This document shows, in pieces, positions 10,714-21,126 of a stretch of DNA of 64,000 nt. Under the pieces are notes generated by a model. The model saw only the letters and a program-made list of their open reading frames with translations. It ran no database searches and was not told where the DNA came from. Source of the DNA: Candidatus Latescibacterota bacterium (GTDB lineage Bacteria > Latescibacterota > UBA2968); contig OZ220741.1 in NCBI GenBank assembly GCA_965116885.1, forward strand, positions 2,528,001 to 2,592,000, read 5' to 3'. Each line of letters opens with the position of its first letter. Within the stretch, counting starts at the first letter, position 1. The translations under genes were made by a program, and so were the position numbers.

Positions 10714-11451
10714 ATGGCTTATTTTACCGACGAAGAGAAATTGCATTTTAAAGAACAGGGGTATGTTGTCAAACGCGATGTCGTGCCGATGCATTTGATC
10801 GATAAGGCGGTGGATGTGTTGTGGGAGGAGATTGAGGCAGATCGCGATGATCCCGAAACGTGGATCAATGCGGGGCCGAAGGGAAATTTGAAATGCAGCA
10901 GTCATCCCGATGTGCGGGCGACGTTGACGGAGACGCCGATTCAGGATATGTGCGAAGAGATGGTGGGTAAAGGGACTCTGGCAGTGTCGAATTACACGTT
11001 TGCCAAGATGATTTATCCCGAAGGGCACGACAATTGGACGACGGCCAGACAGATGCATCTGGATGGCTATACGTGTGAAGGCGTGGTGGATACTTTTGCG
11101 ATCGCGGTGACGGTGAATATCAATCACGTTAAGCCGCGTTCGGGAGGGTTTTCGATATGGCCGGGTGCTCACAAGCGGGCATACGAGTATTTTAAGACGC
11201 ACAGTCTGGTGAATGGGTTAGATGCGTTTCGCAATGAGCGGGGGGAATATTACGACCTTCCCACGCCGGTTGATGTTACAGGGCCACCGGGTACGGTGAC
11301 GTTCTGGCATCATTTGATGTTGCACAGCCCCGGGGTAAATTGTGGGCGGGATATTCGCATGGCATTTGTGAGCCGATTTCGGCGGCGGGATAATAACGAT
11401 ATGCGCTTTGAGACGCCGGATGATATGTGGGCGTATTGGGATGGATTATAA
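10714..11451 (+). CDS. Phytanoyl-CoA dioxygenase family (Fe/2OG)
   Basis: F.EQGYVV, HLD, GGFSIWPGAH, GTVTFWHHLMLHS..N...R. Confidence 0.85.
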   Translation: MAYFTDEEKLHFKEQGYVVKRDVVPMHLIDKAVDVLWEEIEADRDDPETWINAGPKGNLKCSSHPDVRATLTETPIQDMCEEMVGKGTLAVSNYTFAKMIYPEGHDNWTTARQMHLDGYTCEGVVDTFAIAVTVNINHVKPRSGGFSIWPGAHKRAYEYFKTHSLVNGLDAFRNERGEYYDLPTPVDVTGPPGTVTFWHHLMLHSPGVNCGRDIRMAFVSRFRRRDNNDMRFETPDDMWAYWDGL

Positions 11452-11472
11452 GCCGATTTCTCGTTGAAAGAC

Positions 11473-11505
11473 AAAAGGCCAAGACAGCAAACGTCCTGGC
11501 CTTTT
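11473..11505 (+). terminator. Intrinsic terminator
   Basis: AAAAGGCCAAGAC...GTCCTGGCCTTTT inverted repeat after stop. Confidence 0.65.
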
Positions 11506-11607
11506 GTATTGTTGCCAATTAGATGAGCAGTCAAGTTGGTGTCAATTGACAGTTGATATGACTTTGCACATATTAGGAGCTACTAAACCAGTTGGTATTT
11601 TAGACCT

Positions 11608-14600
11608 ATGACCTCTAAAAACGAACAAATAAAAAAACGCAGATCACGCAGAAAGCGGCCGAGTCTGATGTCGGCTGTGTGGTCGCTGTTGCCCGCGTGT
11701 ATGCTCAAAGATGGCATGGAGATTGCGCGGCAGTTGCGGCAAATACAGCGGCAAAAGCGGCGCGATACGGCGCGGTTGAAGAAATTGAAGGTACAGGCAG
11801 AGCGGTCGGCGGCGTTGCGGAAAGACCGCGGGGAGAATCCGCTGTCTGTGACGTATCCAGAAGCGTTGCCGATTTCGGCGCGGAAGGATGAGATTGTCAG
11901 GGCGATTCGAGAACATCCGGTGGTGATTGTGGCGGGTGAGACGGGATCGGGAAAGACGACGCAGTTGCCCAAGATGTGTTTGGAGGCTGGCCGTGGTGTG
12001 GCGGCGAAGATTGCGTGTACTCAACCCCGGCGCGTGGCGGCGCTGTCGGTGTCGCGGCGTATTGCAGAGGAGTTAAATGTCGCGTGGGGTGCCGAGGTGG
12101 GGTGCAAAATTCGGTTTAAGGATGAGACTGCGCCCGAGACGCGGATCAAGATGATGACGGATGGGATGTTGCTCGCGGAGATTCAGGGCGATCCGAATTT
12201 GTATGAGTACGATACGATTATTATTGATGAGGCGCATGAGCGCAGTTTGAATATCGATTTTTTGCTGGGGTATTTGCGTCTGTTGCAAAAGCGCCGCCCC
12301 GAGTTGCGGATCGTGATTACATCGGCGACGATTGATACGGAGGCGTTTTCAAAGGCGTTTGACAATGCGCCCATTATTGAAGTGTCCGGGCGGATGTATC
12401 CGGTGGATGTGCAATACTGGCCTATAGAAGATCTCTCCGGGGAGACGTATATCGATGCGGCGGTGACCGCAGTGGATATGGTGGTTGATGCGGGACGCGG
12501 CGATGTTCTGGTTTTTATGCCCACGGAGAAGGATATCCACGAGACGCGCAGGCGTTTGGAGGGGCGACACTTCCGCTTTACAGAAATTTTGCCGCTGTTT
12601 GGGCGGTTGACAGCGGGCGATCAACAGAAGGTGTTTCACAAGCAGAGATATCGGCGCATTGTGGTGGCGACGAATATTGCGGAGACGTCGATTACGATTC
12701 CGGGTATTCGATATGTGATCGATACGGGGCTGGCGCGAATCAGCCGGCACAATCCGCGCAATCAGACGCATCGGCTACCGGTGGAGGAGATTTCTCAAAG
12801 CAGTGCCAGGCAGCGAGCAGGGCGGTGTGGGCGCGTGCAAAATGGGGTGTGTATTCGTCTGTACGATGAGAAGAGTTTTCTCTCGCGACCAGAGTACACG
12901 CAGCCCGAGATCCAGCGGTCGGATTTGGCTGAGGTTATTTTGCGGATGATTGCGCTGCGGCTGGGCGATGTCGAGACGTTTCCATTTATTGATCCCCCCC
13001 GTTCTCAGGCGATTCAGGGGGGATTTAATGTGTTGAGGGCGTTGGATGCGATTGATGATAACAAGCGTCTGACGCCGTTGGGACGCGATATGGCGCGTTT
13101 GCCGCTTGCGCCGACAGTATCGCGGATGATTTTGCAAGCCCGGAAAGAACGCGCTTTGCGCGAGGTGCTGGTTATTGCGTCGGCAATCAGCATTCAGGAT
13201 CCGCGCGTGCGGCCGCTCGAGCAAGAGAAGGCGGCAGATCAGGAACACAAGCGGTTTGTGGATGGAGAATCGGATTTTATCGCGCTGCTGAATATCTGGA
13301 AGGCGTATCACGATACGTTTGAGAAATTGAGAACGCAGAGCCAGATGCGGAGATTTTGCAAGCAGCATTTTTTGTCTTTTAATCGCATGCGCGAATGGCG
13401 CGATATTTATATGCAGATCCGACACACTCTGCGCGAGATGGGTGATTTTCGGATGAATCGGGACGATGCGGGATACGATGCGATTCATCGGTCGGTGGTG
13501 AGTGGGTTGTTGGGCAATGTGGCGCAAAAGAAGGAAGGCAATATGTATCGCGCAGCGCGCGGGCGCGATGTGATGTTGTTTCCGGGGTCTGGTTTGTTTC
13601 AACGGAGAGAGGGAAGCGAGGAAGATAAAAAGAATACACCCGGTTGGGTGGTGGCTGCAGAGGTGGTGGAGACGTCGCGTTTGTTTGCGCGCACTGTGGC
13701 TCGCATACAGCCGTCCTGGCTGGTGGAATTGGGCGCGCATTTGTGCCGGGCGTCTTATAAGGAGCCGTTTTACAGCGTGCGGTCGGGGCGGGTGCTGGCG
13801 ACCGAGACATTGACGTTGCACGGTTTGCAGGTGGGGCAAAAGCGCGTGGGATATGGACGCATAGATGCCAGTGCTGCGACGGAGATTTTTATCCGCGAGG
13901 CTCTGGTGAATGATGAGGTGGCGTTGCCATATCCATTTGTGACGCAGAATCGGGATTTGCGCGCGCGCGTGGAAACCTGGCAGATGCAACAGCGTTTGAT
14001 GCAATTTCTGGATCTGGACGAGGCTGCGTATCGGTTTTATGCCGAGCGATTGGAGAATATATCTTCCACGCACGATTTAAATCGCTTGATCAAGAGAAAG
14101 GGCGCGGATTTTTTGCTGATGTCCGAAAAGCATCTGGCGGGTGAGCAGGTGGATTTTGATCGGGATGCGTTTCCCGATTTTTTGGAGGTGGATGGCGAAC
14201 AGGTGCCGCTTTCTTATGCGTATCGGCCCGGACAGGATCGGGATGGCGTGACGTTGCAACTGCCGTACAAGATGGTGCATTTTGTACAGCCGGAGGTGCT
14301 GGACTGGCTGGTGCCGGGGTTGTTGGAAGAAAAGATCACGCATTTGTTGCGCGGGCTTCCAAAAAGTATTCGCAAGCGGTTTGTTCCCGTGCCGGATAAG
14401 GCGCGAGAGATTGCCGCGGTTTTGCAACCGACGCACAGTGCGTTTTTGGATTCGCTGTCTGCCCATATTTTGAGTCATTACGGTATTGAGATTTCTCAGA
14501 ACGATTGGAATGTGCGCGATTTGCCCGACCATTTGCAGATGCGCGTGGAAGTTCGAGACGAGAAAGAGAAGGCGATTGTGGCAGCGCGGGATTTGCGCGT

Positions 14601-15501
14601 GTTGCGCGAGCAGTTAGACGCGCGCGAAGAAGATGTGCAGTCCGATGCGTGGATGCGGGCGCAGAAGCAGGTGTCGCGCCGAGATGTGACGGGGCAGACG
14701 ATAGGTGAATTGCCCGAGCGCGTAGAGGTGATGCAAGCCGGTGGGATGCCGGTGTTTGGCTATGTGGGGTTGAAGCGCGAGGGGGATCGCGTGGATGTGT
14801 GTTTGTTTAAGCGCGCAGACGAGGCAGAACGCGAGACCCGGGCGGGTTGGATGCGGTTGTGCGAGCGCGAAATGCGGGATGAGATGCGGGCGTTGAAGCG
14901 GTCTTTGGGCGATTTGGCACAATTTGAGGGGGGGCGCGAGGCTTTGCGCGAGGGCGCGTACGCAAATTTAATGGCGCATCTGTTCACGCGCGAAGCGGCG
15001 TTTCCCATAACGCGCCAGCGCTTTGATTCGCGGGTTCAACAGGCGCGGTTGTATTTGCAGCATCTGGCGCCGCAATTGATTCAGGCGATGGCGTCGCTGT
15101 TTGAGACGCATCGAGAAATCCGCCTGTTGCGCGGTGGATATCCCGAGATGGAGGCCGATGTCGCGCGTTTGATGCCGACGGATTTTTTGCGACAAACGCC
15201 TTATGATCAGGTGTTGCATTTGAGTCGGTTTTTGAAGGCGATTGTGATACGGGCCGAACGCGCGATGCTCGATCCGATGAAGGACCGACAAAAGGCCGAG
15301 CAGGTTCAACCCTTTCAAGATGCGGTGGATGAGTTGATGGATTCGGAGTTGACGGGGGAGAAGCGCGATGCAGTGCAGGCACTACGGTGGATGGTCGAGG
15401 AGTTTCGGGTGTCGGTTTTTGCACAGGAACTCGGCACGGCGCAAAAGGTGTCGCCAAAGCGGTTGTACGATAAATTGGAGCAGGTGAGAGGGATGGCGTA
15501 G
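11608..15501 (+). CDS. hrpA: ATP-dependent RNA helicase HrpA
   Basis: GETGSGKTTQLPK, DEAHERS, SAT, QRAGRCGR, C-terminal WMVEEFRVSVFAQELGT. Confidence 0.96.
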   Translation: MTSKNEQIKKRRSRRKRPSLMSAVWSLLPACMLKDGMEIARQLRQIQRQKRRDTARLKKLKVQAERSAALRKDRGENPLSVTYPEALPISARKDEIVRAIREHPVVIVAGETGSGKTTQLPKMCLEAGRGVAAKIACTQPRRVAALSVSRRIAEELNVAWGAEVGCKIRFKDETAPETRIKMMTDGMLLAEIQGDPNLYEYDTIIIDEAHERSLNIDFLLGYLRLLQKRRPELRIVITSATIDTEAFSKAFDNAPIIEVSGRMYPVDVQYWPIEDLSGETYIDAAVTAVDMVVDAGRGDVLVFMPTEKDIHETRRRLEGRHFRFTEILPLFGRLTAGDQQKVFHKQRYRRIVVATNIAETSITIPGIRYVIDTGLARISRHNPRNQTHRLPVEEISQSSARQRAGRCGRVQNGVCIRLYDEKSFLSRPEYTQPEIQRSDLAEVILRMIALRLGDVETFPFIDPPRSQAIQGGFNVLRALDAIDDNKRLTPLGRDMARLPLAPTVSRMILQARKERALREVLVIASAISIQDPRVRPLEQEKAADQEHKRFVDGESDFIALLNIWKAYHDTFEKLRTQSQMRRFCKQHFLSFNRMREWRDIYMQIRHTLREMGDFRMNRDDAGYDAIHRSVVSGLLGNVAQKKEGNMYRAARGRDVMLFPGSGLFQRREGSEEDKKNTPGWVVAAEVVETSRLFARTVARIQPSWLVELGAHLCRASYKEPFYSVRSGRVLATETLTLHGLQVGQKRVGYGRIDASAATEIFIREALVNDEVALPYPFVTQNRDLRARVETWQMQQRLMQFLDLDEAAYRFYAERLENISSTHDLNRLIKRKGADFLLMSEKHLAGEQVDFDRDAFPDFLEVDGEQVPLSYAYRPGQDRDGVTLQLPYKMVHFVQPEVLDWLVPGLLEEKITHLLRGLPKSIRKRFVPVPDKAREIAAVLQPTHSAFLDSLSAHILSHYGIEISQNDWNVRDLPDHLQMRVEVRDEKEKAIVAARDLRVLREQLDAREEDVQSDAWMRAQKQVSRRDVTGQTIGELPERVEVMQAGGMPVFGYVGLKREGDRVDVCLFKRADEAERETRAGWMRLCEREMRDEMRALKRSLGDLAQFEGGREALREGAYANLMAHLFTREAAFPITRQRFDSRVQQARLYLQHLAPQLIQAMASLFETHREIRLLRGGYPEMEADVARLMPTDFLRQTPYDQVLHLSRFLKAIVIRAERAMLDPMKDRQKAEQVQPFQDAVDELMDSELTGEKRDAVQALRWMVEEFRVSVFAQELGTAQKVSPKRLYDKLEQVRGMA

Positions 15502-15504
15502 TTT

Positions 15505-17283
15505 ATGAGTCTCAATTTTTTTAAGCCCTTTGCGGAGTATGTATATCCCCATCGGTGGAAGATTTTTTGGGGATTGGTGCTGTTGCTGGGTACGCAAGCG
15601 GTTCAGGCGCTTGTTCCGTTGTTGATGAAATGGGCGATTGACACGGCCAAAGCGGGGCTGGATGCCGGGGATCTTACTGGTGATGTGGTCGATACAATCA
15701 CGGGTACCCCGATGGGCGATTTGCAGATGTACGGAGCACTCATGGTCGTGCTCGGTATCGCGCAATGGGGCATGTCCTTTGGGATGCGCTGGTTTATTGC
15801 CAGTGCTTCTCGCTTTATAGAGCGCGATATTCGCACGATTTATGTGCGACATATTGTGCGGCTACCGATGAGTTTTTTTCAGGCGCAGCGCGTGGGCGAT
15901 TTAATGGCGCGAGCGACCAATGATGTGGAAGCGATTCAGCGGTTTTTTTATTTTGCGTATCGCCTGTCGCTACAGGCGGTTTTGAGTTTTGTGATCAGTC
16001 TCATTTTGATGTGCATCATTGACTGGCAGTTGGCGCTTTTGGCGCTGGCTCCTATGCCCGTGATGGCTTTTTGTGCGCGGTGGGTCGGGCAAAAGGTGCG
16101 CGTGGGCTACCGACGGGTTCAGGAACAATTTGCCGCCGTTAGTTCAAAAATTCAGGAAAATTTGACGGGTATGCGAATGGTCAAAGCCTTTGCCCTGCGC
16201 CCGCTTGAGATTGTGGATTTCGGGATTCTCAATGAGGAGTACGTCACGCGCAACCGCCATCTGATTAAGATCCGCAGTCTGTATTATCCGTTCACGTTTT
16301 TGTTGAGTGGTGTTTCTATGATTGTGATTTTGTGGCTGGGCGGTCTGCGGGTGATTGAGGGGAGTTTGAGTCTGGGGGCATTTGTGGCGTTCAATGCGTA
16401 TTTGTTGCGTATGAGTCGCCCGATGTCGATGTTGGGGCGAATTGTCGATGAGTATCAACGCGCCGTGGCTTCGCTGAGGCGTATTGAAGAGGTTTTGAAA
16501 GTATCGCCGCAACCCGATGTGGTGGGTGGTACAACGGGGGATATCAGAGGGGAGATCGAGTTTCGCAATGCGAATTTTTCGTACAATGGTCAACGGGTGC
16601 TCAAAGATATCAATCTTCGGATTCCAGCGGGAAGTACGCTTGCGGTGGTGGGGCGCGTGGGGTCGGGAAAATCCACGCTGGCGCGGTTGATCCCCCGGTT
16701 GATCCAGGCGGATGAAGGGCGGGTTTTTATCGATGGCAAGCCGGTGGAAGAGATACCGCTTCAGACGATTCGAGACGCGACCGGGTATGTGCCGCAGGAC
16801 GCTTTTTTGTTTTCGGATACGATTCGGGAGAATGTGGCTTTGGGTACGCGGGCAGAGGGCGATGTTGCGCGCGCGACTGAGATTTCGCAGTTGGCTCCGG
16901 ATTTGCACCTTTTTCCCGATGAGTTGGAGACGATTGTGGGAGAGCGGGGGGTCACGCTTTCGGGGGGACAAAAACAGCGCACAGCAATTGCGCGCGCGGT
17001 GATCCGAGAGCCGCAGATTCTGATTATGGACGATGCATTGGCGAGTGTGGATACGCGGACAGAGGAAGAGATTCTCAAACAGTTGCGCGAGATTATGGCT
17101 TCGCGCACGACGATTTTGATTGCCCATCGCATTTCGACTGTGAAAGATGCCGATCATATTATTGTGCTGGATGAAGGGCGCATTGTAGAGCAGGGGGCAC
17201 ACGACGAATTGGTTGCACGCGATGGGATTTACGCCGATATGTTTCGACGCCAGCACCTGGCTCAGGAATTGGAGAGTTTTTAA
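15505..17283 (+). CDS. ABC exporter permease/ATPase, heterodimer subunit 1 (YheI/MdlA-like)
   Basis: TM domain, GRVGSGKST, LSGGQKQR, degenerate Walker B ILIMDDA. Confidence 0.9.
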   Translation: MSLNFFKPFAEYVYPHRWKIFWGLVLLLGTQAVQALVPLLMKWAIDTAKAGLDAGDLTGDVVDTITGTPMGDLQMYGALMVVLGIAQWGMSFGMRWFIASASRFIERDIRTIYVRHIVRLPMSFFQAQRVGDLMARATNDVEAIQRFFYFAYRLSLQAVLSFVISLILMCIIDWQLALLALAPMPVMAFCARWVGQKVRVGYRRVQEQFAAVSSKIQENLTGMRMVKAFALRPLEIVDFGILNEEYVTRNRHLIKIRSLYYPFTFLLSGVSMIVILWLGGLRVIEGSLSLGAFVAFNAYLLRMSRPMSMLGRIVDEYQRAVASLRRIEEVLKVSPQPDVVGGTTGDIRGEIEFRNANFSYNGQRVLKDINLRIPAGSTLAVVGRVGSGKSTLARLIPRLIQADEGRVFIDGKPVEEIPLQTIRDATGYVPQDAFLFSDTIRENVALGTRAEGDVARATEISQLAPDLHLFPDELETIVGERGVTLSGGQKQRTAIARAVIREPQILIMDDALASVDTRTEEEILKQLREIMASRTTILIAHRISTVKDADHIIVLDEGRIVEQGAHDELVARDGIYADMFRRQHLAQELESF

Positions 17284-17284
17284 T

Positions 17285-17450
17285 CCGCAGATGGGCGCAG
17301 ATAGGCGCAGATAAGAGGCGATAATTTGTAGGGGCAGTGCGTGAACGGGTCTGGACAGCGCCCCGTTGTAAACCGCTCGTGCCTGCCCATTGTAGGGGCG
17401 GTGCCCCTGTGCCTGCCCATTGTAGGGGCGGTGCCCCTGTGCCCGCCCAT
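17285..17450 (+). repeat. Composite intergenic repeat: 3x CGCAGATNNN plus GTAG-type REP copies (30-bp tandem at 17391-17420 and 17421-17450)
   Basis: TGTAGGGGCGGTGCCCCTGTGCCYGCCCAT repeated; variant at 17327. Confidence 0.85.
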
Positions 17451-17467
17451 AAGAGTAAGGTTCTACG

Positions 17468-19222
17468 ATGGAAGAAGAGGAAATTGGTCATAAGGGTTTT
17501 GATCTGCGTTTGATGGCGCGGTTGATGAACTTTCTCAGGCCCTACAAGTGGTGGGTTGTTCTGACGTTTGTGCTCATTATTGTCGCATCGGTTGTGCGGC
17601 AGGCCGGGCCTTATTTGACCAAGATTGCGGTGGATGATTATATCGTGCCGGGAGATGCGGATGGGTTGACCTATCTGGTCATGATCTATATCGGTCTGCT
17701 TGTCGCGCAATTCGGGGTGGGGTATTGCCAGAGTTGGACGACCAATATGATTGGGCAATGGGCTATGCACGATGTGCGGTTGCAGATTTTTATGCATTTG
17801 CAGCGGTTGCCCATGCGTTTTTTCGACCGCACGCCTGTGGGGCGTTTGATGGCGCGCAATACAAATGATGTGGATGCCCTCAACGAGTTGTTTACCGATG
17901 GCATTGTGTCGATGATCAGCGATATTTTTACGATTATTACGATTCTCGCATACATTTTTTATATGGATGTTACGCTCGGTTTGATGATCTGTCTCGCATT
18001 GCCGGTGGCTTTTGTCGCAACGATGTGGCTGCAGAATAAGACCTTTTTTGCGTATCGCGTTGCGCGCACGCTGTTCGCGCGATTTAGTTCTTCGTTGCAG
18101 GAGACCGTGTCCGGGATGGAGGTGGTGCAGTTATTCGGTTGCGAAGATCGCTGTGTGAAGCGGTTTGAAGATCCGAATAAGGAGTATCTGGATGCGCGGT
18201 TAAAGAGTGCGTATTACCATGCGATTTATTTTCCGATTATGGAGTTGGGCGGTGTTTTGTTGTCTGCTTTGGTGTTGTGGTATGGCGGCGCACGGGTGCT
18301 GGACGAGGAGATCCAGTGGGGCGTGCTCGTGGCGATGTTGCAGTATGTTCCGCGGTTTTTTATGCCTCTCCGCGATATTGCCGATCGCTTTACCGTGCTT
18401 CAGGTTGCGATGGCGTCTTCAGAGCGCATTTTTGAGTTGCTGGATACAAAACCAGAATCGCTTGGCGGCACTGTGAAGGCAGATCACTTGAAGGGCGAGA
18501 TCGAGTTTCAAAATGTCTGGTTTGCGTACAATGAAGGCGAATGGGTGTTGCGCGATGTGTCTTTTCGCGTTGCGCCAGGGCAGAGTTTGGCATTGGTTGG
18601 GGCGACGGGCGCGGGTAAGAGTACGGTGATTGGTCTGGTGTGTCGGTTTTACGATATTCAGCGGGGGGCGATTCTGGTGGATGGTGTCGATATTCGCGAG
18701 TGGGATGTGGAGGAGCTTCGCAGACGCATTGGGGTCGTGCAACAGGATGTTTTTCTTTTTGCTGGCGATATTGAAGACAATATTAGCCTGGGACATCCGC
18801 GCATTAGCCGCCAGGAGGTCGAGCAAGCCGCGCGCGATGTCAATGCGGACCGGTTTATCGACAAGTTGCCCGATACCTATCAGCACGAGGTCCTGGAGCG
18901 GGGCAGTTCTCTGTCGGTTGGTCAGCGTCAGTTGATATCTTTTGCGCGTACCCTGGCTTCTGGACCGGATATTCTCATTCTGGATGAGGCGACGGCGAAT
19001 GTGGATACGGAGACCGAGATGTGGATTCAGGATGCGGTGGCAAAGTTGATGCGGTCGCGGACTTCGATTGCGATTGCACACCGTCTTTCGACCATTCGAA
19101 ATGCGGATAATATTCTGGTGATGCACCGCGGGCAAATCCGCGAGGAAGGCGACCACGATACGCTGCTCAAGCAGAATGGGATTTATGCCCGGCTTTACCA
19201 GTTGCAGTATCAAGAGGAGTAG
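17468..19222 (+). CDS. ABC exporter permease/ATPase, heterodimer subunit 2 (YheH/MdlB-like)
   Basis: GATGAGKST, degenerate signature LSVGQRQ, ILILDEAT. Confidence 0.9.
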   Translation: MEEEEIGHKGFDLRLMARLMNFLRPYKWWVVLTFVLIIVASVVRQAGPYLTKIAVDDYIVPGDADGLTYLVMIYIGLLVAQFGVGYCQSWTTNMIGQWAMHDVRLQIFMHLQRLPMRFFDRTPVGRLMARNTNDVDALNELFTDGIVSMISDIFTIITILAYIFYMDVTLGLMICLALPVAFVATMWLQNKTFFAYRVARTLFARFSSSLQETVSGMEVVQLFGCEDRCVKRFEDPNKEYLDARLKSAYYHAIYFPIMELGGVLLSALVLWYGGARVLDEEIQWGVLVAMLQYVPRFFMPLRDIADRFTVLQVAMASSERIFELLDTKPESLGGTVKADHLKGEIEFQNVWFAYNEGEWVLRDVSFRVAPGQSLALVGATGAGKSTVIGLVCRFYDIQRGAILVDGVDIREWDVEELRRRIGVVQQDVFLFAGDIEDNISLGHPRISRQEVEQAARDVNADRFIDKLPDTYQHEVLERGSSLSVGQRQLISFARTLASGPDILILDEATANVDTETEMWIQDAVAKLMRSRTSIAIAHRLSTIRNADNILVMHRGQIREEGDHDTLLKQNGIYARLYQLQYQEE

Positions 19223-19272
19223 GGATCGGCGGAACGGTGTGCTATTGACCGCCTCTCAGGTTAGTTCATCAG

Positions 19273-19300
19273 TGTAGGGGCGGTGCCCCTGTGCCCGCCC
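19273..19300 (+). repeat. GTAG-type REP copy
   Basis: TGTAGGGGCGGTGCCCCTGTGCCCGCCC. Confidence 0.85.
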
Positions 19301-19351
19301 GTTTGGTGGGATGGATTCGTCTATTCGTTCTTTATTTCAAGGAGGTGCAAT

Positions 19352-20233
19352 ATGTTGTTCGGAGAAGGCGATTATCGGTACGAGGAAGTCGAGGGATGGG
19401 CGAAGTTGCCCGAGGGATGGGTGTTTACACAGGTGTCGGATGCCGCGGTGGATTCACAGGGCCGCATTTACGCCTTTACGCGCGGTATTCATCCCGTGGT
19501 CGTGTTTGATAAGGATGGCAATTTTATTACGTCGTGGGGGTATGGCGATTTTGGTATTTCGCCGAATTTGATCAGTCAGTCACACGGCATTTTTATCGAT
19601 CCGGACGATAAGGTGTTTTTGACGGATTCGTTTCAGCATATTGTCAGGCGTTATACCCGACTGGGGGAGTTGGAGCGCGAATGGGGCAATCGCGGGGTTC
19701 CGGGTCCGACATTTCACCGCAGGGAATACAATATGCCGACGGGTGTTGCTTATGCGCCAGATGGCAATTCGTTTTACGTGTCGGATGGGTATGGCAGCCG
19801 GTGTGTTCACAAGTATTCGCGCGAGGGCGAGCATATCGGGGTGTGGGGCGAGGGGGGCAGTGGGCCGGGGCAGTTTGCATTGGTACACAATATCGGGTGC
19901 GATAAGACCGGGCGGGTTCTGGTGTGCGACCGGGAGAATAATCGCATTCAGATTTTTGATCCAGATGGCAAGTTTATGGAGATGTGGACCGATGTGATGA
20001 TGCCGGGGGATGTGTGGATTACGGATGACAATACGATTTATGTGGCAGAGCAGGGGGGCGGGGGACGCATTAGCGTGTGGTCTGCGGATGGGGAGTTGAT
20101 TTGCCGCTTTCAAGATCAGAGTGCTGTGCAGTCGCCGCATGGGCTTTGCGTGGATGACGAGGGCAGTATTTATGTGGCTGAGATCGGTATGGAGGGAAAG
20201 GGACAGCGGTTGCAGAAGTTTGCGAGGGTTTAG
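19352..20233 (+). CDS. NHL-repeat beta-propeller (peptidyl-alpha-hydroxyglycine lyase-like)
   Basis: HGIFID, YVSDGYG, GPGQF..VH.I, VCDRENNRIQIFD; ATG 19352 after AAGGAGG. Confidence 0.85.
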   Translation: MLFGEGDYRYEEVEGWAKLPEGWVFTQVSDAAVDSQGRIYAFTRGIHPVVVFDKDGNFITSWGYGDFGISPNLISQSHGIFIDPDDKVFLTDSFQHIVRRYTRLGELEREWGNRGVPGPTFHRREYNMPTGVAYAPDGNSFYVSDGYGSRCVHKYSREGEHIGVWGEGGSGPGQFALVHNIGCDKTGRVLVCDRENNRIQIFDPDGKFMEMWTDVMMPGDVWITDDNTIYVAEQGGGGRISVWSADGELICRFQDQSAVQSPHGLCVDDEGSIYVAEIGMEGKGQRLQKFARV

Positions 20234-20266
20234 GTTTTTAAGTAATTACAACATAGCGAGGTTTTT

Positions 20267-21010
20267 ATGGCTACACCAAATCGCATTCTCGAGCGTTATC
20301 GCAATGGCGAAAAGGCCGTTGGCGTGCAGATGAGTTTTGTTTCGGAAATTGTGATTGAAGTGGCGGCTAAGATGGGGATGGATTTTATTTCGCTGGATGG
20401 GCAGCACGGGGCGTTGACGCTGCCGACTATTGAGACGGTTTGTCGCCTTTGCGATGCTTATGGTATGACGCCTACTATGCGGGTTGTGGATCAGTCCGAG
20501 GCGGCTATTTTGACGGCGCTGGACCGGGGTATGCAGATGATTACGGTGCCCAATTTGCAGACTGCTGAGGAGGCCGAGCGGATTGTGCAGTTTGGTTTTT
20601 ACGGGCCTTTGGGTCGGCGGAGCGCGATGAGCCAGCGCGTGGCTTATGGTTTGAATGATACCAGCGATAGTCGGAAGATTTTTGAGTTTACAAATGACAA
20701 TACGATTATTGTGCCGCAGCTCGAGAGCAAGACGGCTTTTGACAATTTGGATGAGATTCTCCAGGTTGATGGGCTTATGTTTTTTGCGGGCGGTCCGCAA
20801 GATATTGCGCAGTCTATGGGGTACCCCGGAGAGCCGAATCATCCAGAGTGCATAGCGGCGTATGAGGCGGCGTGTGAGAAGGTGCGCGCGGCAGGGAAGC
20901 ACATGAGTGGCGATGTGATGGTTAGTCTGGATGCCTTTGGGGCGATTTACGATGCGGGGAAGGCGTTGCTCGAAGCACACGGCCGCGAGTGCGGTATGAA
21001 GATTGGGTAA
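20267..21010 (+). CDS. HpcH/HpaI aldolase family
   Basis: DFISLDGQHG, ALDRG..ITVP, P.GRRS, QLES, GPQDIAQSMG. Confidence 0.85.
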   Translation: MATPNRILERYRNGEKAVGVQMSFVSEIVIEVAAKMGMDFISLDGQHGALTLPTIETVCRLCDAYGMTPTMRVVDQSEAAILTALDRGMQMITVPNLQTAEEAERIVQFGFYGPLGRRSAMSQRVAYGLNDTSDSRKIFEFTNDNTIIVPQLESKTAFDNLDEILQVDGLMFFAGGPQDIAQSMGYPGEPNHPECIAAYEAACEKVRAAGKHMSGDVMVSLDAFGAIYDAGKALLEAHGRECGMKIG

Positions 21011-21029
21011 AGATATCGGTGTGCGATAT

Positions 21030-21115
21030 TGTAGGGGCGGTGCCCCCGTGCCCGCCCGCTGGGTGGCTGGGTGGGGTTCGTTGATTCGCTGATTCGTCTA
21101 TTCGCTGATTCGTTT
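21030..21115 (+). repeat. GTAG-type REP copy followed by 8-mer GATTCGYY tandem
   Basis: TGTAGGGGCGGTGCCCCCGTGCCCGCCC then GATTCGCTGATTCGTCTATTCGCTGATTCG. Confidence 0.8.
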
Positions 21116-21126
21116 GCGAGGTACAT

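Noticed and set aside
17391..17450. 30-bp tandem repeat as a mini-CRISPR
   Set aside because: No spacers; the unit is the dispersed REP
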